Translations under genes and position numbers: made by a program | NCBI GenBank assembly: GCA_016927735.1 | Contig: JAFGMC010000011.1 | Span: 2,320 to 66,319, forward strand | Length of the DNA stretch: 64,000 bases | Source of the DNA: Alphaproteobacteria bacterium | GTDB lineage: Bacteria; Pseudomonadota; Alphaproteobacteria; Rs-D84 | Direction: 5' to 3' | Shown: positions 45,511 through 56,529 of the stretch, piece by piece | Position numbering within the stretch: the first letter of the stretch is position 1 | Layout of the letters: every line of letters starts with the position of its first letter | The notes under the pieces: generated by a model | Seen by the model: only the letters and a program-made list of their open reading frames with translations | Database searches by the model: none | Told to the model about the DNA's origin: nothing

Positions 45511-46416
45511 ATGACAGAAAATACCAAAAAAACTTATTCGGGATTTATTTCTATTATTGGACCGACAAATGCTGGGAAAAGCACTCTGCTGAATCAAATT
45601 ATGGGTCGCAAAGTATCAATTGTATCGCATAAGGTACAAACCACCAGAACACGCCTGCGTGCGGTTAAAATGGTCGGTGAAAAACAACTGATTTTTGTTG
45701 ATACACCTGGCGTGTTCAAACCTGCGCGTCGATTGGATCGCGCCATGGTTGGGGCGGCGCTGGATTCAATTTCTGACGCGGATGCAGTTTTATTGATGGT
45801 TGATGCAACGCATGGCTTGACCCAAACGATTAAAGATTTGGTTGAAAAAATCAAAGATCATAAAAACTTATTTGCTTTAATTAACAAGACAGATGCAATC
45901 AGAAAGCAAGATTTATTGCCAATTGCTGCCGGATTATGTGAATTGGCAACCTTCAAAGAAATATTTATGGTTTCCGCATTGAAAAATGATGGTGTCGATA
46001 AAATGCTTCAATCATTGGCTGCGGTTATTCCAGAAGGTCCGTATTTGTTTGATACCAAAGATGCATCTGACGTTCCAGATAATTTATATTTGGCAGAATT
46101 AACGCGTGAAAAGATTTACAAATATATTCATCAAGAATTGCCTTATCATATTTATGTCGCAACAGAAAAGGTTGATGTCGATCCCGAAGGTGTTTTGGAA
46201 ATTTATCAAAAAATTGTTGTGAATTCTGCAGGTCATAAAAAAATCATCGTGGGCAAGGGTGGTGCACAGTTAAAACAAATTGGCACAGACGCACGTCACG
46301 ATATCCAAGATCAATGGGGTGTTAATGCACGCCTGCATTTATTTGTTCGTGTTGAAAAAGATTGGGAAGAAAAGCGCGAAAATTACGAAGACCAGGGATT
46401 GGAATTTAAAAACTAG
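45511..46416 (+). CDS. era: GTPase Era
   Basis: G1 GPTNAGKSTLLN, G3 DTPG, G4 NKTD and a C-terminal KH domain (VVNSAGHKKIIVGKGGAQLKQIG). Confidence 0.95.
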   Translation: MTENTKKTYSGFISIIGPTNAGKSTLLNQIMGRKVSIVSHKVQTTRTRLRAVKMVGEKQLIFVDTPGVFKPARRLDRAMVGAALDSISDADAVLLMVDATHGLTQTIKDLVEKIKDHKNLFALINKTDAIRKQDLLPIAAGLCELATFKEIFMVSALKNDGVDKMLQSLAAVIPEGPYLFDTKDASDVPDNLYLAELTREKIYKYIHQELPYHIYVATEKVDVDPEGVLEIYQKIVVNSAGHKKIIVGKGGAQLKQIGTDARHDIQDQWGVNARLHLFVRVEKDWEEKRENYEDQGLEFKN

Positions 46417-46426
46417 GGTATGCCCA

Positions 46427-47416
46427 GTGACCACATCAGATTTCGATTTTGAATTACCCGAAGAATTAATAGCATCGCATCCATTGGATATGCGTGATTC
46501 CAGTCGTATGTTGGTTGTACCTGGGAACAAAGATAAACATATTCGGGATTTCCTGGATTACTTGCAACCTGGTGACGTGGTTGTTTTTAATAATTCGCGG
46601 GTTATTCCTGCACGTTTTAATGCCGGTGGTTATGAAATAACATTACACACTTCTGAATCCAAGAATATTTGGTGGGGATTGTGCAAGAAATTTAATAAAA
46701 TAAAAATCGGCGATGTTCTGGATTTGGATGATGGTACGCAGATTGAAATTCTGGATAAAGATGATACCAGTGGTCTGAAAATAAAATTTAATTGTGATGA
46801 TGTTTTTGCTGTTTTGAATACGGTTGGTAAAATGCCAATTCCACCATATATGAAACGTGATTCTGATACGGACGACCGTGAACGTTATCAAACCGTATAT
46901 GCAGATCCGATTGGTTCAATGGCTGCCCCAACAGCTGGATTGCACTTTACAAAAGATATGTTGAATGAAATTGAAAATCGCGGTGCAAAGATTGTAAATA
47001 TCACGTTGCATGTTGGCGCGGGAACTTGGATGCCGGTTAAGACAGAAGATTTGTCGCAACACAAAATGCACAGCGAATGGGGTCAGATAACCGAAGACCA
47101 GGCGCATATAATTAATTCTGCAAAGCGCGTAATTGCAGTTGGTACAACCAGTTTACGATTATTAGAATCCGCTGCAACAACCAAGGGAATTCGTCCATTT
47201 TGCAGTACAACTGATATTTTTATAACACCTGGATATAAATTCAAAGTTGTCGATGTTTTATTGACGAACTTTCATTTACCAAAATCAACATTATTTATGT
47301 TGGTATCTGCATTCGCGGGCGCGCCCGAAATGCAAAATGCCTATACCCACGCCATTGCCGAAAAATATCGCTTTTTCAGTTATGGTGATTGTTGTTTATT
47401 ATTTAAAAAGGATTAA
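46427..47416 (+). CDS. queA: S-adenosylmethionine:tRNA ribosyltransferase-isomerase QueA
   Basis: The start was moved to the GTG at 46427 (MTTSDFDFELPEELIASHPL, a typical QueA N-terminus). The upstream part of the track ORF overlaps era. Contains PIPPYMKR and GTTSLRLLES. Confidence 0.9.
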   Translation: MTTSDFDFELPEELIASHPLDMRDSSRMLVVPGNKDKHIRDFLDYLQPGDVVVFNNSRVIPARFNAGGYEITLHTSESKNIWWGLCKKFNKIKIGDVLDLDDGTQIEILDKDDTSGLKIKFNCDDVFAVLNTVGKMPIPPYMKRDSDTDDRERYQTVYADPIGSMAAPTAGLHFTKDMLNEIENRGAKIVNITLHVGAGTWMPVKTEDLSQHKMHSEWGQITEDQAHIINSAKRVIAVGTTSLRLLESAATTKGIRPFCSTTDIFITPGYKFKVVDVLLTNFHLPKSTLFMLVSAFAGAPEMQNAYTHAIAEKYRFFSYGDCCLLFKKD

Positions 47417-47418
47417 AA

Positions 47419-49814
<2,396 letters not shown>

Positions 49815-49842
49815 AATTTTTTCAAAGGAAAGGAGATTCAAA

Positions 49843-50781
49843 ATGAAAAAGCAAATAGAAGTTATTGAACGCGCCGGTGCCAAAACCGTTGCAAAAAAAG
49901 CATCTTTTGTCGCAATGGTCAAACGTGTGTTTTTGGTATTTTCGATTATATGGTTGGCGATTGTTGCAACTGGTCCATTGTATGTAAAAAATAATTATTC
50001 TGGTCCAATTAAAAAAACAATGGTTGTTTCAATGTTCTTTGATTTGCAAAGAAATATTGTCGAACAGTATGAACAATTATTAGGTGGCATAAAAAAATCT
50101 ATAAACCTTGAGAAGCCGATATCAATTGCAATTGATAAAGTAAAAATGGCTGAAAAACCTGCTGAACAGGTTAAAAATGTTGCAGCTAATGCAAAGAATA
50201 CATCAGCAGATGTAAAGAAGTTATCAGGTATTGCCGGAAAGTTCGGTGTGAAAACAGGCTCTGTAGATAATGTGATTAACAATGCAGAAAAAACAATTAC
50301 CAAGGTTGATGACACTGCGAATCTGGTTAATAAAAAACTGGACAGTGTAAAGAAAGAATTGGTTTCTGTTTCACAAACCGAAGTCGATAAAATGGTTGAT
50401 GATGCAATCAAAAATCAGTTGGATAAAAACAGCGGTGGTTTGGGTTCAACATTGTTAACCAATTATGGTATCCAGCATGTTTATCCTTGGCGTCCATCAT
50501 CGTGGCCAGTTGGTGTAAAGATTTATAATGATTTGGAAAAATCAAATGTTGGTGTTGTACAAATCATAACAAACACAGTTGATACATATTTTGGATACGT
50601 TGCATGGGGATTGGTTGCAATTGCGTGGTTGGTCGGATTATTTATATGGATGCAAGTATTCAAGAAAGTTAAAATGATAACCGCACCATTTGTTGTATGT
50701 CCACGTTGCGGTCATGCATTTGCAGACAAGCGTACTGCATACAGCTTTTTAAAAATTCTGCAACCTTGGAAATGGTTGTAA
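49843..50781 (+). CDS. Hypothetical membrane protein
   Basis: The start was moved to the ATG at 49843, behind an AGGAG SD. It has an N-terminal TM segment, a long Lys/Asn/Val-rich helical region, a C-terminal TM segment (WGLVAIAWLVGLFIWM) and CPRCGHAF. Confidence 0.55.
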   Translation: MKKQIEVIERAGAKTVAKKASFVAMVKRVFLVFSIIWLAIVATGPLYVKNNYSGPIKKTMVVSMFFDLQRNIVEQYEQLLGGIKKSINLEKPISIAIDKVKMAEKPAEQVKNVAANAKNTSADVKKLSGIAGKFGVKTGSVDNVINNAEKTITKVDDTANLVNKKLDSVKKELVSVSQTEVDKMVDDAIKNQLDKNSGGLGSTLLTNYGIQHVYPWRPSSWPVGVKIYNDLEKSNVGVVQIITNTVDTYFGYVAWGLVAIAWLVGLFIWMQVFKKVKMITAPFVVCPRCGHAFADKRTAYSFLKILQPWKWL

Positions 50782-50793
50782 AATAATTAAAAA

Positions 50794-50820
50794 TAAAAAC
50801 CGCCAAATCGGCGGTTTTAT
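50794..50820. terminator. Bidirectional intrinsic terminator
   Basis: AAAAA-ACCGCC-AAATC-GGCGGT-TTT lies between convergent genes ending at 50781 and 50821. Confidence 0.75.
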
Positions 50821-53331
50821 TTATAGTGTTTTTACATGTACATTTTTTATATATCTGTTTATGGTCCCTTGCAGATTTTTATTATTTTTTTCAACACTCA
50901 ATGCTGACTTTATTTCATTTTCGGTCCAACCTGCGTACCACATCATTGGGATTAAACCTTGGTCTAATAAGTTGTGTCTGTTGCCATCATGCCAATCTGT
51001 CAAAAGCAATTTTACTTTCTCAATCAGTTTTGTGTTTGGTCCAGTGTTATTAAGAAAAGAAGCTCTGTACGCGGCTATTTCCAATTCACGTTGTTTCATT
51101 TCTTCTGCATAGGATTTATAATCTTCGCGCCAATTAATATCAATAACAGAATTAGTTCGGTGCATTAATTCTTGAAGTTTTTTAGTTTCTTTGCGCAGTA
51201 CCCCAGGACGTCGTGTTGCACGACCATTATTATTGCAAGAAAAATCCAAAATATCTGATGAATAAGTATATTCTTTCATTTTATTGTTATATGTTTTGGT
51301 CACCAAATTATATTTTTCTGCCAGATAGAAAAACAACCATCTATATTCATTTTTGTTTGCAGGTGTATCTTTTACTGTACATCTCATGTGTAAAGATTTT
51401 CCACCCGAAAAAACAATACGATTAATAACATTTAAAGAAACTAGATGTTTTGATAATTTTATTTGTTCATTTAATGGTAAATAATCCATTTCAAATAAAA
51501 AACTACAAAATCCAAAGTTCGCATCAGCCGGTGTTGGAAGTCCACGTTTACTTAATAATGGCGGATTTTGCAACAAAGGATTAATTGATTCAAATTCACC
51601 AACTTCGGAATAATATCTCTTTTGTGTTTCCGGATTAGCAGCAAAAGGTATTCCATTTGGAATTATAATTTTATCTTCTGGTAATATTTCGAAATTTGGT
51701 AATTTGTTAAGATTTAAATATACAGTTTTAATTTCATATTTTGGTGGATTATCAAAATCAATTTTATATTGACCAGCCATTGGATCTTTTCCAATTTCAG
51801 GGGCGGTTTCAATTAAACCAGATTTTGGAATATGAAAATTTGTCAGTGCTTTTTCTGGTCCGAACATTGGTCTTGGGATAAATTTCCCATCAAGTCCAAC
51901 TGTTTCTGGCACGTTCACAAAGGCTTGGAAATTAGTTCCATAAATTGCAACATTTTCATCTCTAATATTTTTTTCTTTTTCACATATTTTTTTTGCCAGT
52001 TCTGAACTTGGCATAATTTTATATTCTTCGTGCAATTTTTTTAATTCGTTTTCGGCACGTTTTCTAAAATTCATACAAATGACTTCATCTTCTGGAAATA
52101 AATGTTTTTGTTTCCAGAATTCCAAAGCACTTGGGTTTTCGTGGATTTTTTCACCACTTTCTTTATCAGTGATTTTTTGACCAGATCCATTTTTAATACT
52201 ATTAACAATCTTGTTTGCTTCACTGTGGTGTTGATTTACAAATATTGCAGATTTGCTAAAATCATAATCAGTTTTATTATGTTTAATTTTTTCTACGTAA
52301 AATCCTTCTTTTATTGAAGAAAAGAAATTTTTTGTCAGATTTTCAAACCATGTAATACGATCTTTTATTTCAGATTTAAATTCTTCTTGTTCAAATTCAC
52401 AAAATTTTTTAATTGTCCATAATAAAATAAATGTAATTTGTGGTGCAAAAAAACCACCTGGATATTTTGGTGCAACTTTATGTCTTTTGCGCCATTTTAT
52501 TTCATCTGCATTGTTACTGCCCAGTTTATATCCAAATGATTCCAGAGCTTTTTCATATTGTTGTTTAAAATTTAGATTTCCAAATTGTTTAAATAAAATA
52601 TCAAAAATGAAAGTTTGTTTAAATTCTTCCAGTTTATGATAATTGAATTTTTTTCCATAAACACCGCGAAAAATATATTCAAAATCTTTCATTGTATTAT
52701 CATAGGCCAGTTTTAAACGTTTACCACGAACCCAGGTCCATGTTATATTTACCAGATCTTCAAAATCTGTTTCTGGGTGTGCAAAATAATATCCTGCAAA
52801 AACGGTTCGCATTTCAGATTCAAAATTGAATTTTTCTTTATCTTTATTTTTTTCTGCAGGGGATAAGAATAATTGTGAAGATAAATCGTTTTTAAATGAT
52901 TTTGATTCTAATAATAAATTATTAGTCATCATACAAATAGCATATCTGGACAAATAAATTTTATCTCTGGGATATAATTGATATTCGGCAGACTCTTTTT
53001 TAAAATAAATATGTTTTTCAGGAATTTTACAGGTATTAACCAAAAAATTTATCGCTTTTGAAGTGGTTGGATAATTTTCTGATGGTGCAATTAATTTTAT
53101 TATCTGATCAAATGCCCAGGCGTCGTTTTTATTAAACTTTGTTTTTGAGATGTCCAGATTTTTATATAAATTTTGGAATAAATCGTTCAATGAATCCGGA
53201 TTAGCATAGGCAAGAAAACGGTGGGGCAGGTTGAAAGATAAATCATTAAAAAGCGTATTAAACTGTCCAGAGATTAAAAGCTCACGTTGTTGGGCAAAAT
53301 CAGTAAATTTTTCTGAAGTACGCAATTCCAT
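50821..53331 (-). CDS. Mobile-element-type replication protein: DinD/BRO-like N-terminal region plus C-terminal archaeo-eukaryotic primase (AEP) and PriCT-like domains
   Basis: AEP motifs in order: FLFEMDYLP (acidic motif I), IVFSGGKSLHMRC (sGxxxH motif II) and ILDFSCNNNGRATRRPGV (D...R..R.PG motif III). These are followed by WHDGNRHNLLDQGLIPMMWYAGWTENEI (PriCT-like G-N-R-x-x-x-L...G). The N-terminal DKIYLSRYAICMMTNN resembles the D-x-x-L-[ST]-R-Y-A-C-Y-L helix of DinD/RhuM-type phage domains. Confidence 0.6.
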   Translation of the reverse strand: MELRTSEKFTDFAQQRELLISGQFNTLFNDLSFNLPHRFLAYANPDSLNDLFQNLYKNLDISKTKFNKNDAWAFDQIIKLIAPSENYPTTSKAINFLVNTCKIPEKHIYFKKESAEYQLYPRDKIYLSRYAICMMTNNLLLESKSFKNDLSSQLFLSPAEKNKDKEKFNFESEMRTVFAGYYFAHPETDFEDLVNITWTWVRGKRLKLAYDNTMKDFEYIFRGVYGKKFNYHKLEEFKQTFIFDILFKQFGNLNFKQQYEKALESFGYKLGSNNADEIKWRKRHKVAPKYPGGFFAPQITFILLWTIKKFCEFEQEEFKSEIKDRITWFENLTKNFFSSIKEGFYVEKIKHNKTDYDFSKSAIFVNQHHSEANKIVNSIKNGSGQKITDKESGEKIHENPSALEFWKQKHLFPEDEVICMNFRKRAENELKKLHEEYKIMPSSELAKKICEKEKNIRDENVAIYGTNFQAFVNVPETVGLDGKFIPRPMFGPEKALTNFHIPKSGLIETAPEIGKDPMAGQYKIDFDNPPKYEIKTVYLNLNKLPNFEILPEDKIIIPNGIPFAANPETQKRYYSEVGEFESINPLLQNPPLLSKRGLPTPADANFGFCSFLFEMDYLPLNEQIKLSKHLVSLNVINRIVFSGGKSLHMRCTVKDTPANKNEYRWLFFYLAEKYNLVTKTYNNKMKEYTYSSDILDFSCNNNGRATRRPGVLRKETKKLQELMHRTNSVIDINWREDYKSYAEEMKQRELEIAAYRASFLNNTGPNTKLIEKVKLLLTDWHDGNRHNLLDQGLIPMMWYAGWTENEIKSALSVEKNNKNLQGTINRYIKNVHVKTL

Positions 53332-53417
53332 GGAGAAATTATATACTAAAAATATTAATCGTCAACAAAATAAATACTTGCAAAGTAAAAAGATATATGT
53401 AAAAATCTCTGGGCTGT

Positions 53418-53494
53418 GCGAGCGTAGCTCAGTTGGCTAGAGCGCAACCTTGCCAAGGTTGAGGTCGAGGGTTCGAGCCCCTTTGCTCGCACCA
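53418..53494 (+). tRNA. tRNA-Gly (anticodon GCC)
   Basis: GCGAGCGTAGCTCAGTTGGCTAGAGCGCAACCTTGCCAAGGTTGAGGTCGAGGGTTCGAGCCCCTTTGCTCGCACCA. It has anticodon stem CAACC/GGTTG, loop TT-GCC-AA, a GGTTCGAGCCC T-arm and an encoded CCA. Confidence 0.93.
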
Positions 53495-53503
53495 AAGTTT
53501 AAT

Positions 53504-53532
53504 AAAAAACCGCTTTTTAAGGCGGTTTTTTG
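53504..53532. terminator. Bidirectional intrinsic terminator
   Basis: AAAAA-ACCGCT-TTTTAA-GGCGGT-TTTTT lies between tRNA-Gly and the convergent GT2 gene. Confidence 0.7.
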
Positions 53533-53536
53533 TTTG

Positions 53537-54622
53537 TTACTTGGTTTTTATACCTTTAAACAGGTAATTCGGAAGGAATTTTTTTATATTGTTTTTTATT
53601 TTTCTTACTACAACTTCTTTTTTATAGCAATCATTGCAGGTTTGACTCGAACACATAAAGCACATATTTGGGAAATATTGTGGTTCTGTTGCCCTGATAC
53701 CAGATATTGCAAATTCTTTAATCCATGTATTGAAAAGATTATCATATCTTTCACTTTCACTTATCAGATTTAAAAAAGCTGAGTAACGTTGAATATTTGC
53801 AATTGTATATTTGTAATTTCTTTCTCTTTCTTTAGAAAAATTCGAAAGTGTATTTGAATGACGATTATATAAATATGTTGCCCCAGATATTGTTGCCGAT
53901 TTATCAGAGAAAAGTACAGCAAGCATGCAGAATAACATATCTTCATCAAGGTTCATTCCCTCTTGAAACAAAAGGTTATTTTTTTCCAAAAAATTTCTTT
54001 TATAAAGTGCAAAGTTTGCATTTTCACGAAGATCCGCGTGCCCCAGTAATATTTCTTTTTCTTTTGCTGAATTACCGAAAAAAGCATCTTCTTTATACAC
54101 ATGTTGTTTAGTGTATTGTTCATCATGATTTATTGTGAATTTTCCTGCAAATGCTACGTCCGGAGCCTCATTTTTTGTGATGTTAAGCATTTTTATAAAA
54201 TAATCTTTGTCAAACGAGTAATTTATCTCATTTCTTTCATCAAAACTTCTCTTAGAAATTTTTAAACCATTGGTTTCTTTGGAAATAGCAAAATCTGATT
54301 TAAATATGTTGGCTATACTTTCATAAGAGACACCAACTTTGTCGTCAATATCTATGAATGTTAAATATTTTCCATTCGATACTTTTATTCCCATATTTCT
54401 GGCCCTGGATACACCCTTGTTATTCTGAGAATGTAAAAATATATTATAATGTTTTCTAGAAAATTCTGATATTTTTTTAACGGAATTATCTGTAGAGCCA
54501 TCGTTAATAATAATTATTTCAAAATCTTCAATTCGGTTCTGATTTAAAATACTATTTAAACATTCCGATACGTATTTTTCTCCATTATATACTGGGATTA
54601 TAATTGACAGTTCAGGTTTCAT
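53537..54622 (-). CDS. Family 2 glycosyltransferase
   Basis: LSIIIPVYNGEKYVSECLNSILNQ ... FEIIIINDGSTDNS ... FIDIDD (DxD) is the canonical GT2 N-terminal layout. Confidence 0.88.
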   Translation of the reverse strand: MKPELSIIIPVYNGEKYVSECLNSILNQNRIEDFEIIIINDGSTDNSVKKISEFSRKHYNIFLHSQNNKGVSRARNMGIKVSNGKYLTFIDIDDKVGVSYESIANIFKSDFAISKETNGLKISKRSFDERNEINYSFDKDYFIKMLNITKNEAPDVAFAGKFTINHDEQYTKQHVYKEDAFFGNSAKEKEILLGHADLRENANFALYKRNFLEKNNLLFQEGMNLDEDMLFCMLAVLFSDKSATISGATYLYNRHSNTLSNFSKERERNYKYTIANIQRYSAFLNLISESERYDNLFNTWIKEFAISGIRATEPQYFPNMCFMCSSQTCNDCYKKEVVVRKIKNNIKKFLPNYLFKGIKTK

Positions 54623-54921
54623 TTTATATATAACTCTTAATATTTATGTGTAAAAAGCATAATATTTATATACACAAAATAATAATTTGTCAATAAGAAT
54701 TTAATTTTATGTTAAAAATCATAGTAAAAAAGCTGATTTTAAAATAAAAACTTTACTTTTATGAAAATATTGTCATAATTCGTAGAGTTTTATTCGGGAT
54801 CCAAATGAGACTTAAAAATCTTTAATAAGATCGGAAATTTGGTCAAAAAAGAAGTGTTACAATATGTTTGTGATAAAAAAATTGTATAACTAGAGTGTGC
54901 GACCATCAGAAAAAAATACTG

Positions 54922-54948
54922 GCGGACGCAACTTGTGTCCGCTTTTTT
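54922..54948 (+). terminator. Strong intrinsic-terminator hairpin 28 nt upstream of the lysS start (leader attenuator or end of an upstream short transcript)
   Basis: GCGGACGCA-ACT-TGTGTCCGC (9 bp including one G-U pair) followed by TTTTTT (54943-54948). No plus-strand CDS lies upstream. Confidence 0.55.
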
Positions 54949-54976
54949 AATATAAGGCCCAACAAAGGAACAAAAA

Positions 54977-56443
54977 ATGACGGAAAATGCAACAATTTCC
55001 ACTAATGAATTAGAAGCACGTCAACAAAAGTTAGAAAATATTCGTGTGCGTGACGGTGTTGTCTGGAAGGATAAATTTGAACGTACAAACACAATTTCTG
55101 GTGCTCGTGAATTGGCAGATGGTGCGTTGGTTAAAACTGCGGGTCGCGTCACAGCGCTTCGTTGGTTGGGCAAATTGATGTTCGGTCGTATCTATGATAT
55201 TGATGGCGAAATTCAATTTTCTATGTCACGTGAAGAACTGGGCGAAGATCAATACAAGTTTATGAAAGCCAATGTTGACATGGGTGATTTTGTCGGATTG
55301 ACTGGCGAGTTGTATCACACAACCGCAGGGGAACTGACGATTAAAGTATCGAGTTATGAAATATTGGCCAAAGCATTACGTCCATTACCAGAAAAATTTC
55401 ATGGATTGACTGATACAGAAACACGTTATCGTCAGCGTTATTTGGATATTATTGCGAATCCCGACACTCGTCGCACAATGAAAATTCGTTTTTCTATGTT
55501 GCGTTTTATTCGTAACTTTTTAGAAGCAAATGGGTTTATAGAAGTTGAAACACCTATATTAAAAGCTGTTTCCAGTGGCGCAGCGGCAAAGCCTTTTACA
55601 ACACATCATAACGCATTAGATACTGATTTGTTTTTGCGTATTGCCCCAGAATTACCATTAAAAGAATGTATTGCTGCCGGATTTGACCGTGTGTTTGAAC
55701 TGGGAAAAAACTTTCGTAACGAAGGTATGGATGCAATGCATTTACAAGAATTTACAATGATGGAATGGTATGCAGCCTATTGGGACTATAATGACAATAT
55801 CGATTTTTCTTGGAAAATGATTCAAGAAATGTTGATGGCTATTCGTGGTACATTACAGATCGAATATCAGGGCACAAAACTTGATTTTTCAAGCTATGCA
55901 AAACTGGATTATACTGCAAAAATGAATGAATTGATTGATGCAAATATTTTGGATTTTGATGATGTTGAAAAATTAAAAAAGCATATTGTTAAAAAAGGAT
56001 TGTTTCCAGCGGGTGAATTAGAAGGTTTAAAATCATTATTTGCTGTGGTTGATTATGTCTTTAAACGCAAGATTCGTGATGAAATTATTCAACCAACGGT
56101 CACATATAACTATCCGACATTTACCAGACCACTGGCACGTCGTAATGACAAAGATGCAAGATTAGTAGATAATTTTCAATTAATTGCAATGGGCGCAGAG
56201 TTGATTAATGCTTATTCCGAATTAGTTGATCCAATTGAACAAAGAAAATCATTTGAAGAACAGATGGCAAATAAGGCCGCAGGTGATGATGAATCTGTTG
56301 ATTTTGATGAGGATTTTATGTTGGCAATGGAACATGGAATGCCCCCAATTTCAGGCCTCGGGTTTGGATTTGATAGATGGGTATCACTGTTGACAGATCA
56401 ACCAACTTTGCGTGATGTAATACTGTTTCCTATTATGAAATAA
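54977..56443 (+). CDS. lysS: Lysine-tRNA ligase, class II
   Basis: An OB-fold N-terminal domain (GRVTALRWLGKLMFGRIYD), motif 2 FELGKNFRNEGMD and motif 3 GLGFGFDRWV. Length is 488 aa. Confidence 0.95.
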   Translation: MTENATISTNELEARQQKLENIRVRDGVVWKDKFERTNTISGARELADGALVKTAGRVTALRWLGKLMFGRIYDIDGEIQFSMSREELGEDQYKFMKANVDMGDFVGLTGELYHTTAGELTIKVSSYEILAKALRPLPEKFHGLTDTETRYRQRYLDIIANPDTRRTMKIRFSMLRFIRNFLEANGFIEVETPILKAVSSGAAAKPFTTHHNALDTDLFLRIAPELPLKECIAAGFDRVFELGKNFRNEGMDAMHLQEFTMMEWYAAYWDYNDNIDFSWKMIQEMLMAIRGTLQIEYQGTKLDFSSYAKLDYTAKMNELIDANILDFDDVEKLKKHIVKKGLFPAGELEGLKSLFAVVDYVFKRKIRDEIIQPTVTYNYPTFTRPLARRNDKDARLVDNFQLIAMGAELINAYSELVDPIEQRKSFEEQMANKAAGDDESVDFDEDFMLAMEHGMPPISGLGFGFDRWVSLLTDQPTLRDVILFPIMK

Positions 56444-56529
56444 AATAATCGCTGCGATAATGTTTTGGTTGTCCGGAATATTCGGATAATTAAGACTGTA
56501 ATTTTTAATAGATATCAGGATATAAAAAA

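Noticed and set aside
46280-46426. 5' extension of queA overlapping the last 137 nt of era, and a similar 5' extension of the 49843 gene into tgt (49732..49842).
   Set aside because: The extensions lie within the upstream genes' conserved C-termini. Conserved N-termini or SD sequences support the downstream starts (GTG 46427, ATG 49843).
53495-54976. Possible genomic island integrated at the 3' end of tRNA-Gly (the GT2 gene plus an AT-rich spacer).
   Set aside because: I found no repeat of the tRNA-Gly 3' segment (GGTTCGAGCCCCTTTGCTCGCACCA or part of it) between 53495 and lysS, and no integrase. It is left as context for the primase finding only.
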